Shown here one piece after another: positions 1 through 9,470 of a stretch of DNA of 32,000 bases. The DNA lies in NCBI GenBank assembly GCA_048886185.1, contig JBHLKY010000010.1, positions 138,526-170,525 of the forward strand. The letters run 5' to 3'. Every line of letters begins with the position of its first letter. Position 1 is the stretch's first letter. The notes under the pieces were generated by a model. That model had not been told where the DNA came from. It saw nothing but the letters and a program-made list of their open reading frames with translations, and did no database searches. Position numbers and translations under genes: made by a program. The stretch comes from Candidatus Hermodarchaeota archaeon. GTDB lineage: Archaea > Asgardarchaeota > Heimdallarchaeia > Hodarchaeales > Hodarchaeaceae.

Positions 1-2
1 TG

Positions 3-772
3 GTAAGTAGTCCACTTGTTTTTCTTTCACGCGAAGCTGTTAAAGATTGTATTAGATTCTTTTTTACTTTACAAAATGAATCATATACCATTTCAGAAAT
101 AGCTGACGTTGTTCCTTTAAGTGGATCTTTAACTTATGACGTATATAACGCTTTTTTTGAACTTTTTCAGCACCCCCTCCAAAGGAGTTTTATTGGAATC
201 AGTAGATACCGAAAGCATGATGTTTGGGATACAGAAGTTTCTTACACCAATTTTGAGGGTCTTCCTATTAATACTAAAATAGTTTTAATTGGAGATACTA
301 TTGCAACTGGAGCTACTATTACTCAAATTATCGAATTAGTTCAAGCCCAACTTCAGGCACCAATTATCTTCGTTATCATCTCAATTGCTGGTTCATTAGT
401 AGAGCTAGAAGACTTGTTAAACTCGAGAAATCTCTTCAAAACACTTTTCCAGATACAGAGATATGGTGTCTATTTACCGAAGCTTATTTTGGACTCGAAG
501 CAAATGGAGCAGACATGCCAATTTTCCATCCAGACACGATCTCAACAGATAGCCTGAAAATACAAACAAATGAAAAAATTGGAAAATACTTAGGAAGGCA
601 TCTCTGTTCCATTCTCGACTGGGGAAAACGAACAAACTCACCCTATAAACACTTTATAGAACTTAAAAAGACTCTAGAAGGATTTACCATTGATAGAAAG
701 AATGAGTTTTATCTCTGTATGCTTAATCAATGCACGAAGTACTTAGCCACCTTAAAAAACGCAACTACGTGA
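3..772 (+). pseudogene. Type I phosphoribosyltransferase (UPRT-like), 5'-truncated by the window edge, with a frameshift at ~402
   Basis: Frame starting at nt 3 is open to 557 and contains the PRPP-binding loop IVLIGDTIATGAT. At nt 399-406 (gta ga gct) one missing base switches to the frame of ORF 515..772; that frame reads ARRLVKLEKSLQNTFPDTEIWCLFTEAYFGLEANGAD straight into MPIFHPD. Could be an assembly error rather than a true pseudogene. Confidence 0.75.
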
Positions 773-773
773 A

Positions 774-2186
774 TCATGATTCTATCGAACCTAAATTTTT
801 AAATAACATAATTGATGTTTGTACCCCTTTCTCGAACCACTCGATCATAAGATTCTCATTAGGAGCATGATTGCCTTGATCTGGTTGACCGTATGGGATG
901 ATATACATTGGTTTTCTAATGTGCTGATAAAGATTATAGAGAGGTAAACTTCCTCCTAACAATGGAACTTTTACAGGTTCTTCCCCAGAACCCTCTGTTA
1001 TTGATTTGACTAATACTTTCGTCCATTGGAGATTTACTGGGGTATAAATTGGTGCGAAACCTGCTTCAAAATTCACGGCACATCTGTCAATAATCTCTTT
1101 CCACCGTTCTGATCGTCTTTTTAGTTTTTCAAGATGCTTCAAGAATAATTTTTGGATATGAATAGGTTGTTGATGAGGGACTAGCCTGAAATCTATTTCC
1201 ACGATAGCTTCTTTTGGAATAATGGTTTTCGCATGCTCTTGAACATGCCCAGATTGAAATCCACGTACATTAAAAGTTGGTCGAAACATCACTCTATGCA
1301 CAAGGGGAGTTATATCCTGTTCTCCTCCAAAGTAGTTAATTCCGAGTAATTCTTTATACATTTTAGCAGTTCGGTTGAGCTCTTCAGCTGTTTTGATGGC
1401 TATCTCATCAGGTGTAAAGACTTCGTCATAAAATCCTTCAATAAGGCATCTACCATTTTCATCAATCATACTTTGAAGAATGTGCATCAAGTCAATAGTT
1501 GGATTTGGTTGGATACCTCCAAAATTCCCAGAATGAACGTCGCTGTTGGCGGAGATTAGATGTATCTGTGCTGTGACGATCCCTCTTGCCCCAAAACATA
1601 ATGTGGGCTTCCAAGAGGGATCCATGGGGCCATCAGACACAATTACCAGATCGATGTCTTCAAAGAAATCTTTCTCCTGAATGAGAACTTTCTCTAAATT
1701 GGGTGAACCACTTTCTTCTTCACCATCAAGTAAAAATTTAATTCTCAAACCTAGCTCTGATAATTTTGTTGTGCATTCAATTGCAACAAGATGAGCAAAA
1801 AATTGTCCTTTATTATCTCCTACCCCTCTTGCATAGATTCGCCCATCACGAATTTCAGGTTCAAATGGTGGGGAGATCCATTGATCTAAGGGTTCAGGTG
1901 ATTGAACATCATAATGTCCATAGATCAGTAGTGTCAGAATTCTTGATCCATTTTGTTCTCCAGAATTTGGTACCCATTCAGCTAAGATTACTGGATTACC
2001 TGAGGTTTCAACCATCTTGATAAAGCTGGTTGTTGAAACTAACCGTGATTTTAACCAAAGTGCTGCATTTCTTACATCTTCCTTGTGATTAGAAATACTT
2101 GGAATTTTAATCAATTGAAATAAATCATTTAGAAATATCTGCTTATGTTTACAAAAATATTCAATTACTTGAGACACAAGAATCAT
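774..2186 (-). CDS. M20/M25/M40 family metallopeptidase (ArgE/DapE-like dipeptidase)
   Basis: Motifs YGHYDVQ, ARGVGDNKG, GEEESGS, SDG and HAPNEN; 470 aa. Confidence 0.92.
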   Translation of the reverse strand: MILVSQVIEYFCKHKQIFLNDLFQLIKIPSISNHKEDVRNAALWLKSRLVSTTSFIKMVETSGNPVILAEWVPNSGEQNGSRILTLLIYGHYDVQSPEPLDQWISPPFEPEIRDGRIYARGVGDNKGQFFAHLVAIECTTKLSELGLRIKFLLDGEEESGSPNLEKVLIQEKDFFEDIDLVIVSDGPMDPSWKPTLCFGARGIVTAQIHLISANSDVHSGNFGGIQPNPTIDLMHILQSMIDENGRCLIEGFYDEVFTPDEIAIKTAEELNRTAKMYKELLGINYFGGEQDITPLVHRVMFRPTFNVRGFQSGHVQEHAKTIIPKEAIVEIDFRLVPHQQPIHIQKLFLKHLEKLKRRSERWKEIIDRCAVNFEAGFAPIYTPVNLQWTKVLVKSITEGSGEEPVKVPLLGGSLPLYNLYQHIRKPMYIIPYGQPDQGNHAPNENLMIEWFEKGVQTSIMLFKNLGSIES

Positions 2187-2347
2187 TCCTAAAAGATGTT
2201 AGTTATTCTAAGAATGGTGTATCAGGAAGAGTACACTCCTGAGAAGGAAACTAGGCCTCCCCCAGGAATTCGTATTTTCCCATTGAAATAAATACCCATA
2301 CCAACACAAAGGATAATAATAAGTTCAAGCGGTTCATTCACATATTA

Positions 2348-3256
2348 TTAGGAGCCAGTGTGGTATATTGGTTCCAAGATGACCACGGTGGTTGAATTAG
2401 CTTTCTCTAAAAATTCCGTTGCTTCTGCTAAACTACCAATCGTAATGTTTCCAAGATCTGGAAATGTCATCGGATATGTGTAATGCATTGGAACGGCATA
2501 TTTTAGGTTGGATGATACATTAAGGGATTCTAATGCTTCTGCTGCTTCCTCGGCAGTCATCATTGCCTGCCCCATCACAGGTATTAATGCAATGTCACAA
2601 GCAACCTGTTTCATCTCAGGAATATGGTCAGAGTCCCCCGTATGATAAATTCGAACATTTCCGAAATCAACAATAACTCCAGTCCAGTTTGCTTCAGGGG
2701 GGTGCCAAAGCTGGTCAGGTTGGTATGGATTATACTTATCAATATTGTATGCTGAAACGAATTCAAGCGTGATACCATATTTTTTGATAATGTCTCCTGG
2801 CTTAATATAATTTATCTCTTTAACTTCTAATTTTTGTATGTCTTCATCAGGAATGCTAAATTGATCGATTTGAATTGGTTTAGTAGTATAGAGTATTGTT
2901 TCATTTTTATCAGCAAGATTTGATATATCCTGCAATGAAAGATGGTCTATATGGCCATGGGATGCAATAATTATATCTGCTTTATCAATTTCATTCACTG
3001 GAATTGAAAACGGATCAAGATATACAATTAATTCATTTGTTTTAAGTTTGAATCCAGCAGTGCCTAGCCATGTGATATTTACACCATTATAATAGAGAAA
3101 ATTATCCTCAATTATTACTTTTTCCGTAGAAGTTTTGTATCCATTATCAAACGTCATTAAAATAAATATTAAGCCAATAGATAATCCAATAACAATAATG
3201 AACGTGGTTCCTATTAAAATCGCTCTATTAACCAAAATTGTTGCCTCGTTTTGCAC
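2348..3256 (-). CDS. Membrane-anchored metallo-beta-lactamase fold hydrolase
   Basis: N-terminal hydrophobic helix (AILIGTTFIIVIGLSIGLIFILM); HxHxDH motif SHGHIDH, YHTGDS and PMHY. Confidence 0.88.
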   Translation of the reverse strand: MQNEATILVNRAILIGTTFIIVIGLSIGLIFILMTFDNGYKTSTEKVIIEDNFLYYNGVNITWLGTAGFKLKTNELIVYLDPFSIPVNEIDKADIIIASHGHIDHLSLQDISNLADKNETILYTTKPIQIDQFSIPDEDIQKLEVKEINYIKPGDIIKKYGITLEFVSAYNIDKYNPYQPDQLWHPPEANWTGVIVDFGNVRIYHTGDSDHIPEMKQVACDIALIPVMGQAMMTAEEAAEALESLNVSSNLKYAVPMHYTYPMTFPDLGNITIGSLAEATEFLEKANSTTVVILEPIYHTGS

Positions 3257-3485
3257 TAACGTCTTTTATGTTAAATATGAATCTTCTTTTACAGTGATTG
3301 AACTGTTAGAGATCAGTATTCTTGCATATGAAACTGCTAAAAAAAATGAATAAATATATTTCCATATTATGGAATCGTGAATTTTTTGGCCAAAAACCTG
3401 ATAGCCTGCATTCAGAGAACGTGTTCACATTTTTAACTGATGAAACACTCCCACAAGGGTAATTATTTTAAGGATGCATCTCAAA

Positions 3486-3965
3486 TTACGAACCACCGCC
3501 CCATTCGACATCCTTCCAAACCCAATCCCAATATTCTTCGCCTGTAAATGTGAGTTCTTTAACCAGTTTTTTGTGGAGTTGTATGAGAAGTTTATGGTGT
3601 CTAATTTCATCGTTTAAGATGTACCGAATGATTATTTTCTCCCTTTCATCCTCAAGATCATCCTGTAATTTCCGATAAGAGTCTATCGCTTTTTTCTCTA
3701 GACGGATATGTTCCTCTAGGTTATTTTTTAATTGATCAGTCAATTCCTCATCAATCAATGCAAATTTTTCATGTAGACCAATTAGAGCGTTCAGAAGAGA
3801 CTTATGCTTACGTGAGTCCATAGCAATACCAAGAATCATTTCACGAATAATAACATTATCAATATTCTTCACTGAATTTTCAGCTGTATTTACTATTTGT
3901 TTTTCTAAATCGATTTGAGACTTGAATAACTTGATTCGTTCTTCAATATCCATTTTCCTTTTCAC
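3486..3965 (-). CDS. Ferritin-like/rubrerythrin-type four-helix bundle protein
   Basis: Duplicated E...(D/E)xxH pattern (LEKQ...DSRKH; LEKK...DEIRH), all-helical, 159 aa. Confidence 0.8.
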   Translation of the reverse strand: MKRKMDIEERIKLFKSQIDLEKQIVNTAENSVKNIDNVIIREMILGIAMDSRKHKSLLNALIGLHEKFALIDEELTDQLKNNLEEHIRLEKKAIDSYRKLQDDLEDEREKIIIRYILNDEIRHHKLLIQLHKKLVKELTFTGEEYWDWVWKDVEWGGGS

Positions 3966-4169
3966 TAACTCCTATTAAGAATCGCTGCTTAGAAGTAATA
4001 TAACTTCGAATAGTGGATTTATAGATTTATTCTTCTGAAAAGTATTAAGATAGAGAGTACTACAATTGGATTTAACTGGATAAGGTGAATAATCCATTTA
4101 AAAATGACGTAAAAATAAATGAACTGAGCATGAGCTTGTCTGAACCCGGTTTATTTTAGGAGTTATCAT

Positions 4170-4706
4170 ATGAAAGTACTGGTCGCGAATGGTACTAGAT
4201 ATGGGGCAACGCAGGGAATTGCTGAAAGAATGGTTGAATGGTTAACACAAAACCACATCGATTCAGACATTATTAATATCAGGAAAAATAAGTGGCCAGT
4301 AGCACAATATAATGGACTAATCAATGGATCTGGTATTCGAATAAGCCTGTGGACAAAAGAAGTGGAAAAATTCATTAAAGGAAAGAATGACGAAATTAAT
4401 GTGATTAGTCCCGAAATGTTCTTTATATGTTCTGGTTATGCAACTATTCCGAAAGATATCACGAAATTAAGGAGGAATATTGTAAAAAAGTACTTGATGA
4501 TCTGGAGTTGCTGTGAATAATAATGAAGCTTTTAGGGGATATTATGAATGCCTCCCCTGATTCTTCTGTAGGGTGGCTAGATAAAGAGATGTTAAAGATT
4601 ACAGGAAAAGTATCCCCTGATTTTGATCCTAATGGTATCAATGATTATCGAGATTGAAATAGAGGTATTTACCCAAGAATTCATTAAAAAAATCAAAAGG
4701 GATTAG
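4170..4706 (+). pseudogene. Degenerate flavodoxin-domain protein (Flavodoxin_5/HemG-like)
   Basis: N-terminus MKVLVANGTRYGATQGIAE and GSGI. Continuation is spread over other frames (ERYHEIKEEYCKKVLDDL; GVAVNNNEAFRG; SPDSSVGWLDKEMLKITGK...NDYRD*; IEVFTQEFIKKIKRD*). TGA sits where the DYRDW Trp is expected. Several independent lesions. Confidence 0.75.
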
Positions 4707-4707
4707 A

Positions 4708-5223
4708 ATGACAAAAAACAAAGTTAAAGTTCTCTCCGACGCTTTTGAAGAACAATACGGAGCCGCGATTGAAATGTTGGAACAAGTGGTAAAAATTTGC
4801 CCTGATGAGATTTGGAATGATCGTTCTAGCGGTCCTCCTTTTTGGCAGGTTACTTACCATACCATGTGGTTTTTAGATTGGTATTTAGGAGGATCTAAAA
4901 ACGAACGAGAGACATTCAAACCTAAGTATCAGGAAAAACCTTCTTTGCAAGAGTCACCCGAAGAGATAATCTCTCGTGAACAGTTAAAAGCATACTTATT
5001 AGATATAAAAAAGAAAGGGAAAAAAAGATTTGAAGAATTAACCCTGGATGAATTAATACAACCATCTGTGTTTGAATGGCATGGGAGTAGTATTCATAGT
5101 TCATTGATGTATAATCTACGACATGTCATGCTTCATATTGGTGCCCTCCACTCGAGACTCCTTAGAAAGGGGATAAAATTGGATAATTGGGTAAGCCAAG
5201 CTCCAATTATGGTTAAGAAATAA
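4708..5223 (+). CDS. DinB/YfiT family protein
   Basis: His in the second helix (YHTMW) and C-terminal HxxxH (RHVMLH); 171 aa. Confidence 0.82.
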   Translation: MTKNKVKVLSDAFEEQYGAAIEMLEQVVKICPDEIWNDRSSGPPFWQVTYHTMWFLDWYLGGSKNERETFKPKYQEKPSLQESPEEIISREQLKAYLLDIKKKGKKRFEELTLDELIQPSVFEWHGSSIHSSLMYNLRHVMLHIGALHSRLLRKGIKLDNWVSQAPIMVKK

Positions 5224-5238
5224 TTATTGGTGGAACAG

Positions 5239-5745
5239 ATGAGTAGTCATGAACATTCACATGGGATTGGCAAGGAACATCCACGATCTCATGAAATCCA
5301 GCTTTTTTGTTTGATTTTCTTCTTCATTGTCTGGGTATTTGATTCAATTGTATTGAATCTCACAAAACAATTATCTAATGAAATACCGTTGATAATTCGT
5401 TTGCCTGTATTCCTTATCTTAGGTCTTATTGCATTTAGGCTTGTAAATGGCTCTCATAAATTGGTTCTAGGAAAGGTTGAACTAAATGTTGTCGAGGAAG
5501 ATGTTTATGCAATATTAAGGCACCCAATGTATTCCGCTTATTTTATAGTCTTTTTAGCATTCATTCAGTTAACAATGTCATTAATATCACTTGTTCCATT
5601 TGCCATTGCCGTCTTTTTACTTAACATGATTGCTGCTCATGAGGAGAAGGAATTAATATCTATTCTCGGCCAAGAGTACATAGATTATATGAAGAGAGTT
5701 CCTCGTTGGATACCTAATCCAGTAAAATTTCTCAAAACAAGATAA
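5239..5745 (+). CDS. Isoprenylcysteine carboxyl methyltransferase/PEMT family membrane protein
   Basis: Hydrophobic segments, YAILRHPMYS, HEEKELISILGQEYIDYMKRVPRW. The ATG at 5239 is preferred over the TTG at 5227. Confidence 0.88.
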   Translation: MSSHEHSHGIGKEHPRSHEIQLFCLIFFFIVWVFDSIVLNLTKQLSNEIPLIIRLPVFLILGLIAFRLVNGSHKLVLGKVELNVVEEDVYAILRHPMYSAYFIVFLAFIQLTMSLISLVPFAIAVFLLNMIAAHEEKELISILGQEYIDYMKRVPRWIPNPVKFLKTR

Positions 5746-5900
5746 ATGACGATATTACAGTTTTATAACTCTTATTCTTTTTTTCAGAATGACCGATCAT
5801 CATATGATGTTACATCAGCCCTAATTCTTTTTCTTTTTATTTATAAAGTGAAAACGAATGTTGACTTTTTCGGTAATTTTCATTGAACCAAGGTGATATA

Positions 5901-6095
5901 ATGACTAAGCAGCATGATAACGAGCGTTGGATATTTAAATTTCTGAGAAAATGGCTTTCAGGATTTATTAGAGGTTTTAAGAGACCAATCGAGCCTTATA
6001 AAGGAAATGACAATTTATCTACTGAATTTCAGGTTTATCTTAAAGAAGCGATTGAGCTTCGTCGTGAGGTAGATAATGAGCTTATGGAGGTTTAA
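5901..6095 (+). CDS. Small hypothetical protein (64 aa)
   Basis: GGTGA RBS directly before ATG 5901; co-oriented with both neighbours; fills the gap. Confidence 0.55.
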   Translation: MTKQHDNERWIFKFLRKWLSGFIRGFKRPIEPYKGNDNLSTEFQVYLKEAIELRREVDNELMEV

Positions 6096-6170
6096 TACTT
6101 CTCAGATTGTATAAATATATATAATACGACCACGAAAAAATAGTTTCTGGCATCATGGAGAGAACCCATA

Positions 6171-6722
6171 TTGGCTGTTGAAATAGTTTACTTTGTACAT
6201 GGAACAACGATTGATAATGAAAAGAATGTCGCAACAGGGTGGGCAAATAGTCCCTTATCTGATCTAGGATTAAAGCAGACAAAACAAATGTCTGTACGGC
6301 TTAAAGATATTCCATTTGATATTGTCTTTTGTTCTGACCTGAAAAGGGCTATTTATTCCGCAAATATAATATGGGGTTCAACAGTTCAAATTGTTCATGA
6401 TATAAGGTTAAGAGAATGTAATTATGGTGACTTAACTGGTATGAACACCAAAAAATTGGGAAAGATCATGAAAAATCACATTGAAATCCCCTTTCCCAAT
6501 GGGGAAAGCTATAAAGGGGTTGAGGAAAGGATAAGGAATTTCTTGGAAGATTTGAAAAAGAATTATTCTAGAAAAAGGGTTGCTATTCTTGCACATCAAG
6601 CACCCCAACTCGCCTTAGATGTTATACTTAAGAAAAAAACATGGAAAGAAGCTATAAATGAAGATTGGAGAAAAAAACAGCCAAACGAGTGGAAACCTGG
6701 TTGGACTTACTTCTTACCCTAA
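6171..6722 (+). CDS. Histidine phosphatase (phosphoglycerate mutase-like) family protein, VHG variant
   Basis: FVHGTTxxN, LSDLG, SDLKRA, RLRECNYGDLTG, PNGES and LAH motifs. Confidence 0.88.
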   Translation: MAVEIVYFVHGTTIDNEKNVATGWANSPLSDLGLKQTKQMSVRLKDIPFDIVFCSDLKRAIYSANIIWGSTVQIVHDIRLRECNYGDLTGMNTKKLGKIMKNHIEIPFPNGESYKGVEERIRNFLEDLKKNYSRKRVAILAHQAPQLALDVILKKKTWKEAINEDWRKKQPNEWKPGWTYFLP

Positions 6723-7132
6723 TCATCTATATTTTCTTCAATTCCTCTGTCAGTCCAGTTGAGGACTAACCATTTGTTATTTTCATTCACTAAATGTAGT
6801 AATCCAGTATGAGAACCTTTGGATTGTGGCATAAACATAGAATATTTGATTTCAACAGAAGCAATTACTTCATCAACAGTTTGAAGGTGGGTTATCTCTT
6901 TTAATTCATTTTTGACCTCAATGTTATATTTTTTAATTGCTTCCACTGTAGTTTCCAGATATTCGTCTAAAGATCTAATAAATAAATCATTAGAATTTCC
7001 TATATTAGCAAATATTGCTCTAGGATGAAATAATTCCCTCAGATTGTTACTATTTCTAGAATTTAGAGAAGTGAAAAGATTTTCAATTGCTTTTTTTATT
7101 TCCATTCCTGAATTCTTGCTTGATATTCCCAT
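6719..7132 (-). CDS. NTF2/SnoaL-like fold protein
   Basis: IENLFTSLNSRNSNNLRELFHPRA N-terminal pattern; C-terminal LHLVNENNKWLV strand pair. Confidence 0.75.
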   Translation of the reverse strand: MGISSKNSGMEIKKAIENLFTSLNSRNSNNLRELFHPRAIFANIGNSNDLFIRSLDEYLETTVEAIKKYNIEVKNELKEITHLQTVDEVIASVEIKYSMFMPQSKGSHTGLLHLVNENNKWLVLNWTDRGIEENIDD

Positions 7133-7279
7133 ACAATGACCTCAGAAAAGTTAAATGCTTCTTGTGATGATCGATGGTTTTTGATATCAATAAAATATTT
7201 TGGCTTCTAAAATTAAATCCAATAAGTGATTAAGTTAATTAATCCTCCTATCTTTATTCGTTTTTCTTTAATTGCGATA

Positions 7280-8178
7280 TTATGACCTAATTTTGCATCT
7301 ATGAGATTCCAGTTCTTTTATCCAGTTCTTAATGTCTTTAGGTAACGATACAAACTGATTCTTGCTTATCCACAAACTTTGAAGGTTCTTTAGTTGAGTA
7401 ATTTTTTGGGTAGTATTTTCAACTGATTATTCTCTAATCTTAAATTTTTCAGGTTAGTCAAATTTCCAATACTATCGGGAAGAGATTCCAAGTGATTCGT
7501 GTGTAAACTCAATATTTCAAGGTTAGTTAAGTTTCCCAAACTTTCTGGAACTGAAGTTAACAAATTTTTATGTATTATTAAGTTTTTAAGCTTAGATAAG
7601 TTACCAATGCTTTCAGGTATTGATCTTAACTGATTTATGGAGGCTATTAGGTCTTGGAGGTTTATAAGGTTCCCGATACTTTCAGGAAGTGCCCTTAATT
7701 GAATATTTAACAGGCCCAGTCTTTTTAAACACTTAAGATCCCCAATACTTTCCGGTAATGTTTTTAATTTATTACGAGATAGATCCAACCTTGTAAGATG
7801 AATCAATCTTCCTATAGTATATGGTAAAGATTCTATGTGGTTGTTAAATACATCTAAATCCTGAAGACTTGTTAGATTTCCAATGATTTTAGGGAGGTTC
7901 TTGAATTGATTATCACGTAAATATAATTTCTGAAGAGATTGAAGATTACTTATACTCTGAGGGAGACTAGTCATTTCGTGTTTATGTAAGCTCAATCCAA
8001 TAACTTTTTGCTCCTCATGAATGAATCCTGTACTATACAAACCGCACTTCCCACTAGGAATTCTCATCCTAATTATTTCTTCTAGCTCATGAAGAACAGC
8101 TGCATCATCCCTCTTCAGATGGGTTCCATGATAACTAGACATTTGGATTTGTTTTTCCCTCATTTTCAGAATTCTCAT
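7280..8178 (-). pseudogene. Leucine-rich repeat protein (23-aa LPxSIGNLxxLxxLxLxxNxLxx repeats), frameshifted near the 3' end
   Basis: Eight full 23-aa repeats in 7390..8178. Adding one A to the A6 run near 7402-7407 gives LPKKITQLKNLQSLWISKNQFVS (a perfect ninth repeat) and then LPKDIKNWIKELESHRCKIRS*, ending at 7280. Could be a homopolymer error. Confidence 0.8.
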
Positions 8179-8372
8179 TGAAAAAAAAGAAAAGAAGATA
8201 ATTTAGGTTATTTACTTTTTGAAGTATTCCATTCTTCTAGAATCTTCTTTGCTTTAACTAGGTAATTTCGGAGATGTAAATACTTTAGAGACTTTTCAAT
8301 AGGAGTTCCAGGATATTCATAGGTGTGATTATTCCTAGAACTGGTGTGATAGTCACGATCTGTAATAATATT

Positions 8373-9257
8373 TCACACTTCCTTAATTGGGCAATGAAGA
8401 TCGAGAATTAAATCTTCAGGAGGTGCTTTAGGATTGATAATCTTTTCTAACCACTGATGTGATCCAAAATCATATCTATTTGATTTTTTTACCCATTCCG
8501 CGAGTTTCTTCCAGGCAGGAATAATATTAGACTCATCAATAATAATTCGTGTCGTAGTCACAGCGTATAGACCTCCTTTGAAATTTCTTTCTTTGATTTC
8601 CCCTTCTGGTTGAATTTCTGCGGGGATTTTAATCCAAAATTCATAACCATACTCCTCTTTATCAGGGGAGGGATCAGGATTGTTGAAACCAAAGACGGGG
8701 TATTCCTGAATATTATCAAGGAGTCTATATTTAGCGGCCCATGCTTGCATCTTCGTCCAAGCGTCTTGTTCAGGACTTTTACTGATAACTTGAACCCTAG
8801 CTACTCGCATTGGTTCAAGAGTTAATATCCGAACATCTAAATCCATTCCAATTTTTGGTTCTTCATTCATGACTTCATCTCCATGAGTTGTGTATTTTCC
8901 AATCAGACGACGTATTCTTTCCAACCTTTCTTGTTCCCGTAGCTTGATTTCTAGGAAGCTCTGGGCGAGATGTTGAAATATGGCTTCTCCATCATCAGTA
9001 GCTCTGTATGATCCACGATTAATCTTCTCTACCAAGTTTTCATTACTCAAAATGTTAAGGTGATTTCCCAGGGCACTCTTCTGGAGACCAGTTTGTTCCA
9101 TCAATTCCTTGAAGGTCCTTGGAACATCAATCATTAATGTGAGAATTCGTAATCGTTGTGGATGATCAATTGTCTTCACTAGAGTAATAATTTCATTAAG
9201 GGATTCCAAGACGAATTGTTCCATATTACCACGCGAATCGAAATGTGGATTGGTCAT
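8373..9257 (-). CDS. ArsR-like winged-helix plus GyrI-like effector-binding transcriptional regulator
   Basis: HPQRLRILTLM...LGNHLNILSNENLVEK...YRATDDG wHTH; C-terminal FGFNNPDP...YGYEFWI...GGLYAV GyrI-like domain; AGGAG RBS. Confidence 0.85.
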   Translation of the reverse strand: MTNPHFDSRGNMEQFVLESLNEIITLVKTIDHPQRLRILTLMIDVPRTFKELMEQTGLQKSALGNHLNILSNENLVEKINRGSYRATDDGEAIFQHLAQSFLEIKLREQERLERIRRLIGKYTTHGDEVMNEEPKIGMDLDVRILTLEPMRVARVQVISKSPEQDAWTKMQAWAAKYRLLDNIQEYPVFGFNNPDPSPDKEEYGYEFWIKIPAEIQPEGEIKERNFKGGLYAVTTTRIIIDESNIIPAWKKLAEWVKKSNRYDFGSHQWLEKIINPKAPPEDLILDLHCPIKEV

Positions 9258-9314
9258 GAATATTCTCCTGCCATCTTAAGCTTTATTTACTGAGATTTTG
9301 GATAAACGGAAGTC

Positions 9315-9408
9315 ATGAACTTCCATCTCCTAAGAATTAGTGAGCTTTTCATCAGTAATTAAAGAATCATTAATGACATAATAATATTTTTTTAAGATGG
9401 AAGTTCAT
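9315..9408. promoter_or_regulatory. Perfect 14-bp inverted repeat between divergent genes (candidate operator)
   Basis: ATGAACTTCCATCT at 9315-9328 and AGATGGAAGTTCAT at 9395-9408. The left copy also lies in the near-palindrome GGAAGTCATGAACTTCC. Confidence 0.55.
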
Positions 9409-9470
9409 AATCTTTCATAAGGTATAAATCATTAAGCGTCTTATAATCACATTCTCAAGAGAAATTAAGA

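Noticed and set aside
2348-3256. MBL hydrolase as a possible partner of the E1-E2-JAB operon (MBL-linked Cap2/Cap3-like systems exist)
   Set aside because: It is 12 kb away, membrane-anchored and not operonic with the cluster.
4655-4657. TGA at a Trp position, suggesting UGA recoding (Trp or Sec)
   Set aside because: TGA is used as a normal stop in intact genes (772, 8373, 14931), Trp is TGG elsewhere, and this gene has other lesions.
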